A DNA stretch of 64,000 bases, taken from Pseudomonadota bacterium (lineage in GTDB: Bacteria > Pseudomonadota > Gammaproteobacteria > UBA6429 > Thiohalophilaceae). Every line of letters begins with the position of its first letter. Position 1 is the stretch's first letter. Of the stretch, positions 1-10,033 are shown piece after piece. The translations under genes were made by a program, and so were the position numbers. The notes beneath the pieces are model-generated. The model had not been told where the DNA came from. It saw nothing but the letters and a program-made list of their open reading frames with translations, and did no database searches. The stretch spans positions 2,658 to 66,657 of the forward strand of contig JAXHTI010000001.1 of assembly GCA_034190045.1 (NCBI GenBank). The letters are read 5' to 3'.

Positions 1-79
1 GGTCAAATCTGGGCTTTACGACGGTTAAATAAACACGGTTATAAATAATTATAAACAGTAACTCCTCGAAGCTGTGATT

Positions 80-112
80 ACGCGAGACATTCTCCCAGTC
101 TCGCGTTTTTTT
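80..112 (+). terminator. Rho-independent terminator for a transcript entering from the left, convergent with the activator gene
   Basis: Stem ACGCGAGAC (80-88) / GTCTCGCGT (98-106), 9-nt loop, followed by a T run to 112. Confidence 0.7.
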
Positions 113-113
113 A

Positions 114-1478
114 TTATGGCATTACCGGATCAGATTTGATCTTTTGCAGATGGCGGTACAGGGTGCGCTCGCTCATACCCAGCTCACGCGCTGCACTGAC
201 GCGATGACCGGCGTGTTTTTGTAAAACAGCCAGAATCTCTTCTCTATCAATCTCGGAACGACGGCGTTGTAATACATTGCCATGTCTTGCCATTGGCGCT
301 TCTGACTCGTCCTGGCCCTGTTGTTGGGATGTAGTGTCGTGGAAAAAAGAGAAGTGTTCCGGCGACAGAGTCTCATTTCTTGCCAGGATAGTCGCGCGTT
401 CGATTATGTTGCGCAGTTCCCTTACATTTCCCGGATAGTCATAGCTAAGTAGATGGGACTGGAGCAGGGGGGATAACGGCGGCTTGTGTCTGTTGTCAGG
501 GATTTTTGCCAGAAAGTATTCCGCAAGCCCGATAATGTCTTCCTTACGCTCGCGCAGCGGTGGAATATAAATGGGAAATGCTGTGAGTCGAAAATAGAGG
601 TCTTCACGGAACAGCTTTTGTTGAACCATTTCCCGCAGATCCCGGTGTGTGGCGGCAATAATTCTTATATCAACATCGATAAAGCCGGTGGCACCCACGC
701 GTCGAATCTGGCTGGTTTCCAGCAGGCGCAGGAGCTTGGTTTGCAGAGTAGGGGAGAGTTCGCCGATTTCATCAATGAACAGCGTGCCACCGTGGGCTGA
801 CTCAATCAGTCCCTGTTTACGTTTGTCTGCACTGGTGAAGGCGCCCCGTTCATGACCAAACAATTCACTTTCCGCCAGATGTTCTCCCAGTGTGGTGCTG
901 TCGACAATCACAAACGGACCTTCACCCCGGCTGGAATGGTGATGGATATATTCGGCGACACATTCTTTGCCGGCTCCACTTTCACCCTGTAACAGGACTG
1001 TAGTCTGGGTGGGGGCCACGCGTTGCAAAATCTCAGTCAGACGCACCATAACAGGAGAATGGCCGAGGAGTTTGCGTTTGGCTTCGTCAGGCGAGCCCAG
1101 TCGATTTATGGCTTCACCCATGGCTACTACATTACCTTTGTCATCGAGAATGGGGGTGGCCTGCAACTGGACATTTTCTTCGTGGCCGTCGGAATCATAG
1201 TGAACGTGAATGACGTGCGTGGCGCGCCGGGTTCTGAAGATTTCATCAAGCGGACAATGCTCGCCATGGTTTCGACAGGGAGTGTCGGAATGATGAGATA
1301 CCCTGTAACAGTAATTACCGACAACCTGTTCTTCGCTGGCTCGATACTGCTCAAGGTAGTGTCGGTTAGCTGCCTGGATTCGATAGTCCTGGCCAATTAT
1401 GACAAACGGTTCAGGAAACACATCGATCAGTTGTTTGCAGGAAGGCAGTAACGTGGGAGTCTCACGTCTCTTGGCCAT
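114..1478 (-). CDS. PAS-domain sigma54-dependent enhancer-binding transcriptional activator (Fis-type HTH)
   Basis: Walker A GESGAGKE, ESELFGHERGAFTSA loop, Walker B LFIDEIGE, FREDLYFRL, YDYPGNVRELRN, C-terminal HTH (SAARELGMSERTLYRHL), N-terminal PAS. ORF is open from 1511; ATG 1478 has GGAG 6 nt upstream. Confidence 0.93.
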   Translation of the reverse strand: MAKRRETPTLLPSCKQLIDVFPEPFVIIGQDYRIQAANRHYLEQYRASEEQVVGNYCYRVSHHSDTPCRNHGEHCPLDEIFRTRRATHVIHVHYDSDGHEENVQLQATPILDDKGNVVAMGEAINRLGSPDEAKRKLLGHSPVMVRLTEILQRVAPTQTTVLLQGESGAGKECVAEYIHHHSSRGEGPFVIVDSTTLGEHLAESELFGHERGAFTSADKRKQGLIESAHGGTLFIDEIGELSPTLQTKLLRLLETSQIRRVGATGFIDVDIRIIAATHRDLREMVQQKLFREDLYFRLTAFPIYIPPLRERKEDIIGLAEYFLAKIPDNRHKPPLSPLLQSHLLSYDYPGNVRELRNIIERATILARNETLSPEHFSFFHDTTSQQQGQDESEAPMARHGNVLQRRRSEIDREEILAVLQKHAGHRVSAARELGMSERTLYRHLQKIKSDPVMP

Positions 1479-1615
1479 AACCATCTCCGACTTAATTACG
1501 CGGTGTTGCAATACAGTATAAATAAAACCATCACATAGCGGTAATTTTTTCCGTATTTCAATATGTGTTTATATACTGAAAAAAAGATCGAGAACGGTTT
1601 ATGCAAAACATCTTC

Positions 1616-1629
1616 TTGATCTGGATCAA
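1616..1629. promoter_or_regulatory. FNR/ANR/DNR-type binding box
   Basis: TTGAT-CTGG-ATCAA is an exact match to TTGAT-N4-ATCAA, in the divergent intergenic region. Confidence 0.7.
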
Positions 1630-1777
1630 TTTGCTCGATTTGACGCCTGGTCGTGAATAACTGTTCCGCCTGTCAACTCGGGAATATTGCTTTATAAGAG
1701 TCGGTGTTTCGCAATGTTTTCAGACCAGTTCTATAAAACTGCCTCTTTTTCAATTCAGGTTACGGACTGCCTGTATG

Positions 1778-1812
1778 CATGACATATCTGCCATGCTGGC
1801 AGATATGTCATG
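1778..1812. promoter_or_regulatory. Perfect 16-bp inverted repeat, candidate upstream activator sequence
   Basis: CATGACATATCTGCCA-tgc-TGGCAGATATGTCATG, about 120-155 bp upstream of a sigma54 promoter. Confidence 0.55.
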
Positions 1813-1933
1813 GCAAATCCTTGATGAATTGTCTTTGAATAATCTGCGTGCTACTGGCAAGCCGTCATCCTGCTCCCTTTATCTATCTGATTTATATCTT
1901 CGACGTTGTAGTTCTCCCTGCAGTTGTTGCGTA

Positions 1934-1949
1934 TGGCACAGCTCTTGCT
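1934..1949 (+). promoter_or_regulatory. sigma54 (-24/-12) promoter of the porin gene
   Basis: TGGCACAGCTCTTGCT: GG (1935-36) and GC (1947-48) separated by exactly 10 nt, matching TGGCAC-N5-TTGCW. Confidence 0.85.
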
Positions 1950-2021
1950 CTCACTGTGCTTATCTCTGTTTGTAGTGCAGAGCAACGAACAAGACTTTAA
2001 TAATTATATGTGGGAGTCATT

Positions 2022-2981
2022 ATGAAATCTGAATTGAAACTGATTGCTGCCGCGGTTGTCACCGCGGTGTGTGTTTCGTCGCCGGCATCGGCCAATGAGG
2101 TCTATGGTGATATTCGTTTGTCGGTAAACAGCATCGACAAGGCCGACGGCACCTCTAGTGACAGCGAGGACAACAACGCATCACGAATTGGCTTCAAGGG
2201 TAGCTATGAACTTGATGCCGGATTGAAGGCGCTTTATCACATTCAGGCCGGTGTCGATGCCGAGCCGGCCGGTACAGGCGAAGAGAATGATATGTTCAGC
2301 CGTCGTTTCGCTTTTGCCGGGCTGGCGGGAAATTTCGGTAAGGTGTTGTACGGTACACTTTCTTCCCCTTACAAGATGGCCGGTCTGAAGCTGGATCCTT
2401 TCTATGATACCGCCGCCGGTGAAGCCATGGGAGGTAAAAACTACGGCCTGTCCAGCTACACGAATGGCTGGTTTGACAATGTTCTTGCTTATATTACACC
2501 TGATATGAACGGGTTTCAGGCTAATGCCGTGATGGTCATGGACGATACCGAAGCCAATGATCATCATTATAATTATGGTGTCAGCTACAGCCAGGCCGGG
2601 TTCACTGCCGGCGTCCAGTTGCTGCAGGTCAATACTGTCGGATCCGAGCTAGACGCCACACGACTGACGGCGGCCTATAAAACAGATCAGTGGAGCGTCG
2701 GGGCGAGCATGGAAAATGTGGATCCCGATGGCAGTGCCGATACGGATTATCTTTATGTTGCCGGTACTTACAAAGTCTCTGCAAAAAATACCCTGAAGTT
2801 TTCCTACAGTGATGTCGACAATGACGGCACCGGGATGGCGGCCGGCATTTCCCATGATCTGGGTGAAAAGACAGAGCTGTATGCGCTGTACAGCGATGTG
2901 GACTATGACTCGGCCGCACAGGATAATCGCACGGTGATTTCGGTCGGTGTGAGTCACAAATTCAGTATCGGCGGTAATTAA
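2022..2981 (+). CDS. Gram-negative outer-membrane porin
   Basis: Signal peptide (ASA/NEV), VYGDIRLSV first strand, SRIGFKGSYEL motif, alternating beta-strands, terminal VGVSHKF; GGAG RBS before ATG 2022. Confidence 0.9.
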   Translation: MKSELKLIAAAVVTAVCVSSPASANEVYGDIRLSVNSIDKADGTSSDSEDNNASRIGFKGSYELDAGLKALYHIQAGVDAEPAGTGEENDMFSRRFAFAGLAGNFGKVLYGTLSSPYKMAGLKLDPFYDTAAGEAMGGKNYGLSSYTNGWFDNVLAYITPDMNGFQANAVMVMDDTEANDHHYNYGVSYSQAGFTAGVQLLQVNTVGSELDATRLTAAYKTDQWSVGASMENVDPDGSADTDYLYVAGTYKVSAKNTLKFSYSDVDNDGTGMAAGISHDLGEKTELYALYSDVDYDSAAQDNRTVISVGVSHKFSIGGN

Positions 2982-2996
2982 CTCCCAGCGCAACAC

Positions 2997-3036
2997 ACCC
3001 GGCTGACCAGCAGGTCTGGCCGGGTAACTTTTTTTT
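2997..3036 (+). terminator. Intrinsic terminator after the porin gene
   Basis: ACCCGGCTGACC-agca-GGTCTGGCCGGGT hairpin followed by a T tract. Confidence 0.7.
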
Positions 3037-5689
3037 AATCTTCCAGTTGCTCGAGTACGCTGAGACGCAGGATCTCCTTTTGTTCAGAATTCAAGGGCTG
3101 ATCATCCCGTGTAGTGATTTCAAAAATGTCCTCAACACGCTCGCCAAACGTGGCGATCTTGGCGTTATGCAACTGGATATGGTGTTGGTAGAAAGCAGCG
3201 CCGATGCTGGATAGCAGGCCCGGCCTGTCATAAGTCTTAATGTGCATGATAGTACGCTCGCTATCATCTTCGAAATAGATCTCGGTCGGGATCTTGAAGT
3301 GCTTGGCCTGACGGGGCAAACGACGGGTTATCTCCGGGGCTTCCTGCCCCGGGTTGCGCAACAGCTGATAGAGTTTGTTGCGAATCTCGCTGTTACGCTG
3401 GCTGTCGCGTACCGGTTCACCGCTACTGTCGAGGTACTGGAGTGTATCCAGCGTGTAACCATCGCGCGAGGCAAGAATGCGCGCATCCACCACGGTCATC
3501 CCGGCCTGGCTCAGTACCGATGTGATCAGTGAAAACAGGTTGGGATGATCCCGGGTATAGATAAATATCTCGGTGCCCCCACGACGGCTTTGTTCGCGAA
3601 AAAGAATGACAGGCAAGTCTTCCAGATCGGTATTGAGAATTGCCTGGGTATGCCAGACGATCTCATCGGGGAAATAACGTAAAAAGTATTCATCACCAAG
3701 GTTATCCCATAACTGGTTAATCAGTACATTGTGCTCATCGTCTGACTCCAGCAGTTCGGCGGCCGCTGCGCGGCGTTCGGCGACCAGCTCCGACTGGACG
3801 AGCGGGTTTTTCAAGCCCCGGCGCAGGGCTCGAACGGTGGCGTGATACAGCTCCTGCAGTAACGCATCTTTCCAGGAGTTCCATACATGCTCACTGGTAC
3901 CGCGAATATCGGCGACTGTAAGCAGGTAGAGATAATTCAGGTGCACCATGTCGCCGACCTGTTCGGCGAACTCGTGCACGACTTCCGGATCGCTTATGTC
4001 CTTGCGCTGTGCAGTGGAGGACATCAACAGATGATTTTTTACCAGCCAGACTACCATGTTGGTGTCATAGCGACTCAGACCGTGATTGTGACAAAACTCG
4101 CGGGCATCGCTGGCCCCCAGGGTGGAATGGTCACCACCCCGGCCTTTGGCAATGTCATGAAACAGGGCCGCCAGCAGCAGGAGCTCCTGTTTGGGGATGC
4201 GTTGCATGATTTCGCTGCATAAGCGGAACTCATGAAAATACTCCGGTACCGTAAAGCGGCGCAGATTACGGATTACCATCAACGTATGCTCGTCGACGGT
4301 ATAGACATGAAACAGGTCGTGTTGCATCTGGCCAACAATACGTCCGTAAAGGGGTATATAGGCCGCCAGGACACCGTAGCGATGCATGCGTCGCAGGGCG
4401 TGGGTGAAACCGTGGCCGTAACGTACGATTTCCATAAACAGCGAGCGATTGCGTAGATCGGCCCGGAAGCTGCCGTCAATCAGCCAGGTGTGATCGCGAA
4501 TCAGGCGAATGGTGTTGGCGCGAACGCCATTGAGCTCCGGGTGCTGCATTAAAACCAGAAATACTTCGAGTAGTGCAAAAGGATAATGAACAAAGACATT
4601 GTCATCCTTGACCTCCAGGTAACCCTTGCGGGCCTGAAAGCGTTTGTTCAGTGAAACCGGTTCCGGCTGTTCGTCGGCCAGTAATATCTCTTCCTTGAAT
4701 AACTGCAATAACATTTCATTCAGTCGACTCAGTTCCATGATGGTGCGGTAATACTGCTTCATGAACTGTTCCACCGCGAGTCCCTTGAAATTGTCGCGAT
4801 AACCAAAATGACGAGCCAGTTCCCGCTGGTGATCGAACAGCAGACGATCCTCGCGCCGGCCGGCGATCAAATGTAGGCCGAAACGTACCTGCCAGAGAAA
4901 GGCCTGGCCTTCGTGCAGGGTACGGTATTCGTTTTGGGTCAGAAAACCGTGATCGAGCAGTTGATACAGTGTCTCGGCGTTGTAGTGGCGCTTGGCCACC
5001 CAGCCGATCATCTGAATATCCCGCAGCCCACCCGGGCCATCCTTGATATTGGGTTCAAGGTTATAGGCGGTGTCATGAAACTTTTCGTGTCGTTTTTGCT
5101 GTTCCTGCAGTTTGGCTTCGAAAAATTCACGACTGGGCCAGATCTGCTCTGGCCCGCACAGTTCCCGCTGCTGTTCAAACAGCGTCGGGGGGCCGACCAG
5201 CAAACGGGCTTCCTGCAGGTTGGTTGCCACGGTGATGTCGCGCCGGGCTTCCTGCTGGCACTCGCTGAGGGTCCTCACGCTCTGGCCGACTTCCAGCCCG
5301 ATATCCCACAGGAATGTCAAAAATCCTTCGATGGCACTGTGGTAGGGGGCCGGATCCCCGGCCAGTAGGAGCATCAGATCCACGTCCGAGGCCGGGTGCA
5401 GTTCACCACGTCCATAGCCCCCCACGGCCAGCAGGGCAATGCCGGGGTCGTCGGGCTCGAAATAGAGGTTCCAGGCACGCTGCAGCAGGGCATCGATCAG
5501 GCCCGCCCGGGAAGCAACCAGTTCAGTGGCGGCACGGCCGGCGTAAAACCGGCGTGCCAGTTCCTCGTGGGCGGCGCTGAGCGTGTCCCGAAACAGGGGC
5601 AGGGGGGAGGAATCGCCCTGCTGCAGGGCGGTATCAAATGCCTCGACGTTGAACAGGTCCGCATCGACCGGGACCAGTGAGGCATTCAT
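3035..5689 (-). CDS. glnD: Bifunctional uridylyltransferase/uridylyl-removing enzyme
   Basis: AVGGYGRGELHPASDVD NTase motif, EPNIKDGPGGLRD, HD domain (LFHDIAKGRGGDHS), two ACT domains (DRPGLL). Confidence 0.97.
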   Translation of the reverse strand: MNASLVPVDADLFNVEAFDTALQQGDSSPLPLFRDTLSAAHEELARRFYAGRAATELVASRAGLIDALLQRAWNLYFEPDDPGIALLAVGGYGRGELHPASDVDLMLLLAGDPAPYHSAIEGFLTFLWDIGLEVGQSVRTLSECQQEARRDITVATNLQEARLLVGPPTLFEQQRELCGPEQIWPSREFFEAKLQEQQKRHEKFHDTAYNLEPNIKDGPGGLRDIQMIGWVAKRHYNAETLYQLLDHGFLTQNEYRTLHEGQAFLWQVRFGLHLIAGRREDRLLFDHQRELARHFGYRDNFKGLAVEQFMKQYYRTIMELSRLNEMLLQLFKEEILLADEQPEPVSLNKRFQARKGYLEVKDDNVFVHYPFALLEVFLVLMQHPELNGVRANTIRLIRDHTWLIDGSFRADLRNRSLFMEIVRYGHGFTHALRRMHRYGVLAAYIPLYGRIVGQMQHDLFHVYTVDEHTLMVIRNLRRFTVPEYFHEFRLCSEIMQRIPKQELLLLAALFHDIAKGRGGDHSTLGASDAREFCHNHGLSRYDTNMVVWLVKNHLLMSSTAQRKDISDPEVVHEFAEQVGDMVHLNYLYLLTVADIRGTSEHVWNSWKDALLQELYHATVRALRRGLKNPLVQSELVAERRAAAAELLESDDEHNVLINQLWDNLGDEYFLRYFPDEIVWHTQAILNTDLEDLPVILFREQSRRGGTEIFIYTRDHPNLFSLITSVLSQAGMTVVDARILASRDGYTLDTLQYLDSSGEPVRDSQRNSEIRNKLYQLLRNPGQEAPEITRRLPRQAKHFKIPTEIYFEDDSERTIMHIKTYDRPGLLSSIGAAFYQHHIQLHNAKIATFGERVEDIFEITTRDDQPLNSEQKEILRLSVLEQLED

Positions 5690-6459
5690 TGCTCGAAACT
5701 TTCCTCTTGGCGGCGGGTCAGCACTTCATGGCCGTCGTCGGTGACCAGGATGGTGTGTTCCCACTGGGCGGAGAGAGCGTGGTCCTTGGTGACCACGGTC
5801 CAGCCGTCCTTGAGCAGCTTGGTCTGACGCTTGCCGGCGTTGACCATCGGCTCGATGGTGAAGGTCATGCCCGTCTCCAGTACCAGCGAGGTCCGGGGAT
5901 CGTCGTAGTGCAGCACCTGGGGCTCTTCGTGGAAGTTTTCGCCGATGCCGTGGCCGCAGTATTCTCGCACCACGCTGTAGTTGTGTTGCTCGGCGTGTTG
6001 CTGGATGGCACGTCCGATCTCGCGCAGCGGCCGGCCCGGTTCGACCAGATCGATGCCGATTTTCAGGCAGTCGTAGGCGGTCTTGGCCAGCCGTTTTGCC
6101 TGGATAGAGGGCTCGCCGACGAAGAACATCTTGCTGGTGTCGCCGTGGAAGCCGTCCTTGATGACCGTCACGTCGATATTGATCACATCGCCCTTTTTCA
6201 GGCGTTTCTCATTCGGGATCCCGTGGCAGACCACGTGATTGACCGAGGTGCAGACCGACTTGGGGAAACCGTGGTAGTTGAGCGGGGCGGGCACGGCCTG
6301 CTGCTCGTTGACGATATAATCGTGGCAGATCCGGTCCAGCTCCGCAGTGGTCACCCCCGGCTGGACATGGGGCTCGATCATCTCCAGAACCTCGGCGGCG
6401 AGACGCCCGGCGACCCGCATTTTTTCAATCTGTTCGGCTGTTTTGATACTGACGCTCAT
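5686..6459 (-). CDS. map: Methionine aminopeptidase type I
   Basis: CTSVNHVVCHGIP, GFHGDTS, YCGHGIG, FTIEPM, SAQWEHT motifs. Confidence 0.97.
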   Translation of the reverse strand: MSVSIKTAEQIEKMRVAGRLAAEVLEMIEPHVQPGVTTAELDRICHDYIVNEQQAVPAPLNYHGFPKSVCTSVNHVVCHGIPNEKRLKKGDVINIDVTVIKDGFHGDTSKMFFVGEPSIQAKRLAKTAYDCLKIGIDLVEPGRPLREIGRAIQQHAEQHNYSVVREYCGHGIGENFHEEPQVLHYDDPRTSLVLETGMTFTIEPMVNAGKRQTKLLKDGWTVVTKDHALSAQWEHTILVTDDGHEVLTRRQEESFEQ

Positions 6460-6590
6460 TGATTTTCCTCTACGCCACAGGCGTGAGGGTGCTCCTGTCG
6501 CAAAAATTCGTGAATGGTGCCCGGCCGGGGCCTGGGACGGGTTTTTGTGCGCACAAACCGGGCCGTTTCGTTGTCGTTAAGCGCGCTTTA

Positions 6591-6607
6591 TGGTATAAAT
6601 CGCGCGC
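6591..6607 (+). promoter_or_regulatory. rpsB-tsf extended -10 promoter with GC-rich discriminator
   Basis: TGGTATAAATCGCGCGC resembles the conserved gammaproteobacterial rpsB promoter (TGn-TATAAA plus a GC-rich discriminator). Confidence 0.7.
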
Positions 6608-6653
6608 TTGTTTAGCAAATCCAACGGCCGGCGGCTTGCCCCGGTCAAAATTG

Positions 6654-6730
6654 ACACACATGCACCGGCACATCTGTCCGGGTGCCCGCTCCGGCGGGTT
6701 GGCAGATGGGGTGCATGGAGGCCTAACCCG
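6654..6730 (+). promoter_or_regulatory. rpsB 5' leader, S2 autogenous-control RNA structure
   Basis: ACACACATGCAC...GGGTGCCC...GGGGTGCATGGAGGCCTAACCC parallels the E. coli rpsB leader layout. Confidence 0.75.
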
Positions 6731-6747
6731 ATACAGGAGACACTATA

Positions 6748-7674
6748 ATGGCTGACGTAACGATGCGCCAGATGCTTGAGGCTGGCGTGCATTTCGGGCA
6801 TCAGACCCGGTTCTGGAACCCCAAAATGGCCCCCTTCATCTTCGGGGACCGCAATAAAATCCACATTATTAATCTGGAAAAATCTCTGCCGCTCTACAAC
6901 GAAGCGATGAATTTCATCAGCTCGCTGGCGGCCAACAAGGGCTCGATTCTGTTTGTCGGCACCAAGCGCGCCGCCCAGAAGCTGGTCCGCGAGGAAGCCG
7001 AACGCTGCGGTATGCCGTTTGTAAACCACCGCTGGCTCGGTGGGATGCTGACCAACTACAAGACCGTCAAGCAGTCGATCAAGCGCCTCAAGGAGCTTGA
7101 ATCGATGATGGAAAGCGGGGCCACCGAAGGCCTGAACAAACGCGAGGTCCTGAGCCTGAGCCGTGAACAGGAAAAACTGGAACGCAGTCTGGGCGGCATC
7201 AAGAACATGAACGGCCTGCCGGATGCGCTGTTCGTTATCGACGTAGGCCACGAGAAAATCGCGGTCGCCGAAGCGGTCAAGCTGGGCATTCCGGTCATTG
7301 GTGTCGTGGATACCAATAACAGTCCGGATGATGTCGACTATGTCATTCCCGGGAATGATGACGCGATTCGCGCTATCACCCTTTACACCCAGGGCGTATC
7401 CGCGGCGGTACTTGAAGGCAAGGCTTCCACCGCGCATATCGGCGAGGGTGCAGGTGATGATTTCGTCGAACTTGACGAAGAAGGTGAAGTGAATCCTGCC
7501 AGCAAGAAGAAGACCGCGAAGAAGAAAACCGCGGCCAAGAAGAAAACGGCCGCCAAGAAGAAAACGGTCGCGAAAAAGAAAACCGCTAAAAAGAAGACAT
7601 CAGCGGCGAGTAGTTCGGACGAGGCAGAGCCCACTGAAACGGAAGCCGCTTCGGCCGAGGCGGATTCCGAGTAA
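6748..7674 (+). CDS. rpsB: 30S ribosomal protein S2 with a long acidic/Lys-rich C-terminal extension
   Basis: [41 protein letters not shown]. Confidence 0.98.
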   Translation: MADVTMRQMLEAGVHFGHQTRFWNPKMAPFIFGDRNKIHIINLEKSLPLYNEAMNFISSLAANKGSILFVGTKRAAQKLVREEAERCGMPFVNHRWLGGMLTNYKTVKQSIKRLKELESMMESGATEGLNKREVLSLSREQEKLERSLGGIKNMNGLPDALFVIDVGHEKIAVAEAVKLGIPVIGVVDTNNSPDDVDYVIPGNDDAIRAITLYTQGVSAAVLEGKASTAHIGEGAGDDFVELDEEGEVNPASKKKTAKKKTAAKKKTAAKKKTVAKKKTAKKKTSAASSSDEAEPTETEAASAEADSE

Positions 7675-7709
7675 GGGAAGCGCTATAGCAGACCCGTCAA
7701 CAAGCAAAA

Positions 7710-7738
7710 CGAAAAAGGGGGCAACGCCCCCTTTTTCG
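7710..7738. terminator. rpsB-tsf intergenic terminator/attenuator
   Basis: Perfect 13-bp stem CGAAAAAGGGGGC-aac-GCCCCCTTTTTCG. Confidence 0.8.
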
Positions 7739-7795
7739 GATTTTACAAACTGATTTGATGTAATCGATTAAAGAACCGTTTAGAGGGCTAGACTC

Positions 7796-8677
7796 ATGGC
7801 AATTACAGCAGCATTGGTCAAGGAACTGCGCGAGCGTACCGGCGCAGGCATGATGGAATGCAAAAAAGCACTGGTGGAAACCGATGGTGATATCGACGCG
7901 GCGATCGAACAGATGCGCAAGTCCGGTATGGCCAAGGCCGACAAAAAAGCCGGCCGTACCGCCGCTGAAGGTCTGGTGGCAATTAAAGTCACTCCGGACA
8001 ACAAGACTGGGGCGATTGTCGAAGTCAACTGTGAAACCGACTTCGTTACCAAGGGCGAAGATTTCCAGACCCTGGTGGATAATGTTGCCAATCGTGTGTT
8101 GAACGACAAGCCGGCCGATCTGGATGCGTTGATGGCTATGCCTATCAGCGATTCTGACAGCACCACCATTGAAGAGACTCGCAAGGCGCTGATCGCCAAA
8201 ATCGGCGAAAACATGGCTGTTCGTCGTTTTGAAGTTATCGAAGCGAAGGGCCAGCTGGGTCATTACATGCACGGCAGCCGTATCGGTGTGGTGATCGACA
8301 TAGAAGGTGGGGACGAGCAGCTTGGCAAGGATCTGGCCATGCATATTGCCGCCAGCCATCCGGTCTGTGTATCCGAAGAACATGTTCCCGCTGATGTCAT
8401 CCAGAAGGAAAAGGATATCTTCTCCGCTCAGGCTGCCGAAAGCGGCAAACCGGCCGACATTATCGAGAAAATGGTCGAGGGCCGGATCAAGAAATTCATG
8501 AAGGAAGTTACTCTACTGGGACAGCCTTTCGTCAAGGACCCGGATCAGACGGTCGAACAGCTGCTCAAATCAGCAGGTGCCACCGTCCACCAGTTCGTTC
8601 GCTATGAAGTTGGCGAAGGAATTGAGAAGAAACAGGAGAACTTCGCCGAGGAGGTTATGGCTCAGGCCAAAAGCTGA
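7796..8677 (+). CDS. tsf: Elongation factor Ts
   Basis: [40 protein letters not shown]. Confidence 0.98.
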   Translation: MAITAALVKELRERTGAGMMECKKALVETDGDIDAAIEQMRKSGMAKADKKAGRTAAEGLVAIKVTPDNKTGAIVEVNCETDFVTKGEDFQTLVDNVANRVLNDKPADLDALMAMPISDSDSTTIEETRKALIAKIGENMAVRRFEVIEAKGQLGHYMHGSRIGVVIDIEGGDEQLGKDLAMHIAASHPVCVSEEHVPADVIQKEKDIFSAQAAESGKPADIIEKMVEGRIKKFMKEVTLLGQPFVKDPDQTVEQLLKSAGATVHQFVRYEVGEGIEKKQENFAEEVMAQAKS

Positions 8678-8706
8678 TTTTGTCATCAACATAAAAACGA
8701 TAACGT

Positions 8707-9423
8707 ATGGCCAACACACCTATATATAAACGCATACTGCTCAAGTTGAGCGGTGAAGCCCTGATGGGCGATCACGAATATGGCATCGATCCGACAGTAA
8801 TCAATTCGATTGCGGCTGATGTCAAGGAACTCAATCAGGCCGGCGTGCAGGTGGCCATGGTTATCGGCGGCGGGAACATCTTCCGGGGCGTTAATCTCGC
8901 CTCGGAAGGGATGGACCGGGTTACCGCCGATCATATGGGCATGCTCGCAACCGTCATCAATGCTCTCGCGTTGCAGGATGCGATAAAACGCCAGGGATTG
9001 CTGGTACGGGTGATGTCGGCTCTGCCAATCCATACCGTATGCGAGGATTACATTCGTCTGCGTGCGATACGCCATCTGGAAAAACAGCGTGTCGTGGTAT
9101 TCGCGGCCGGAACCGGTAACCCGTTTTTTACGACCGACACGGCGGCCAGTTTGCGCGGCATCGAAATCGGCGCTGATGTTGTGGTCAAGGGAACCAAGGT
9201 CGATGGTGTTTATTCCTCTGACCCGGTCAAGGATCCCACAGCCAAACGTTTTGAAAAACTGGACTATGACCAGGTCATTGAACAGAAGCTGGCGGTCATG
9301 GATACCACGGCAATCGTTCTGTGCCGGGATAACCATATCCCGATACGCGTGTTCAACATGACCAAGCAAGGTGCGTTGATGCGGCTGGTTATGGGAGAAA
9401 ATGAAGGCACGCTGGTTGAATAG
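8707..9423 (+). CDS. pyrH: UMP kinase
   Basis: [30 protein letters not shown]. Confidence 0.98.
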   Translation: MANTPIYKRILLKLSGEALMGDHEYGIDPTVINSIAADVKELNQAGVQVAMVIGGGNIFRGVNLASEGMDRVTADHMGMLATVINALALQDAIKRQGLLVRVMSALPIHTVCEDYIRLRAIRHLEKQRVVVFAAGTGNPFFTTDTAASLRGIEIGADVVVKGTKVDGVYSSDPVKDPTAKRFEKLDYDQVIEQKLAVMDTTAIVLCRDNHIPIRVFNMTKQGALMRLVMGENEGTLVE

Positions 9424-9434
9424 GGAGCAGATGA

Positions 9435-9992
9435 ATGATTAATGATATTAAAAAAGATGCTGAATCCCGCATGGGCAAGAGCGTTGAATCCTTGAAAACT
9501 GAACTGACCAAATTGCGTACCGGGCGGGCCCATACCAGCCTGCTGGATCACGTTATGGTCGAGTATTACGGTTCTCAGGTTCCTTTGAACCAGGTTGCCA
9601 ATATTTCCGTCGCAGACGCTCGTACCCTGACGGTGCAACCCTGGGAAAAACCGATGGTCCAAAAGGTCGAGAAAGCGATTCTGGAGTCTGATCTGGGATT
9701 AAATCCGGCTACTGCCGGCGAAATCATCCGGGTTCCGCTCCCGGCGCTGACCGAGGAACGCCGCAAGGACATGATTAAACTGGTCCGCCAGGAAGGTGAA
9801 AATACCAAGGTTGCTATTCGTAATATACGTCGTGATGCTATTAGCGATTTCAAAGGACTGCTCAAGGAAAAGGAAATTACCGAGGACGAGGAGCGCAAGG
9901 CCGAAGACGATATGCAAAAACTCACTGACAAATATATCGCCAAAGTCGATGAGGCACTGGAAGCCAAGGAAAAGGATCTGATGGAGATCTGA
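9435..9992 (+). CDS. frr: Ribosome recycling factor
   Basis: [30 protein letters not shown]. Confidence 0.98.
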   Translation: MINDIKKDAESRMGKSVESLKTELTKLRTGRAHTSLLDHVMVEYYGSQVPLNQVANISVADARTLTVQPWEKPMVQKVEKAILESDLGLNPATAGEIIRVPLPALTEERRKDMIKLVRQEGENTKVAIRNIRRDAISDFKGLLKEKEITEDEERKAEDDMQKLTDKYIAKVDEALEAKEKDLMEI

Positions 9993-10033
9993 GGCTGATC
10001 GAATCTATAAGATCAGTGGAGTTATATTATTCT

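Noticed and set aside
1811-1873. Additional sigma54 promoters at TGGCAAATCCTTGAT (1811) and TGGCAAGCC (1855)
   Set aside because: The GG to GC spacing is not 10 nt; only 1934-1949 fits
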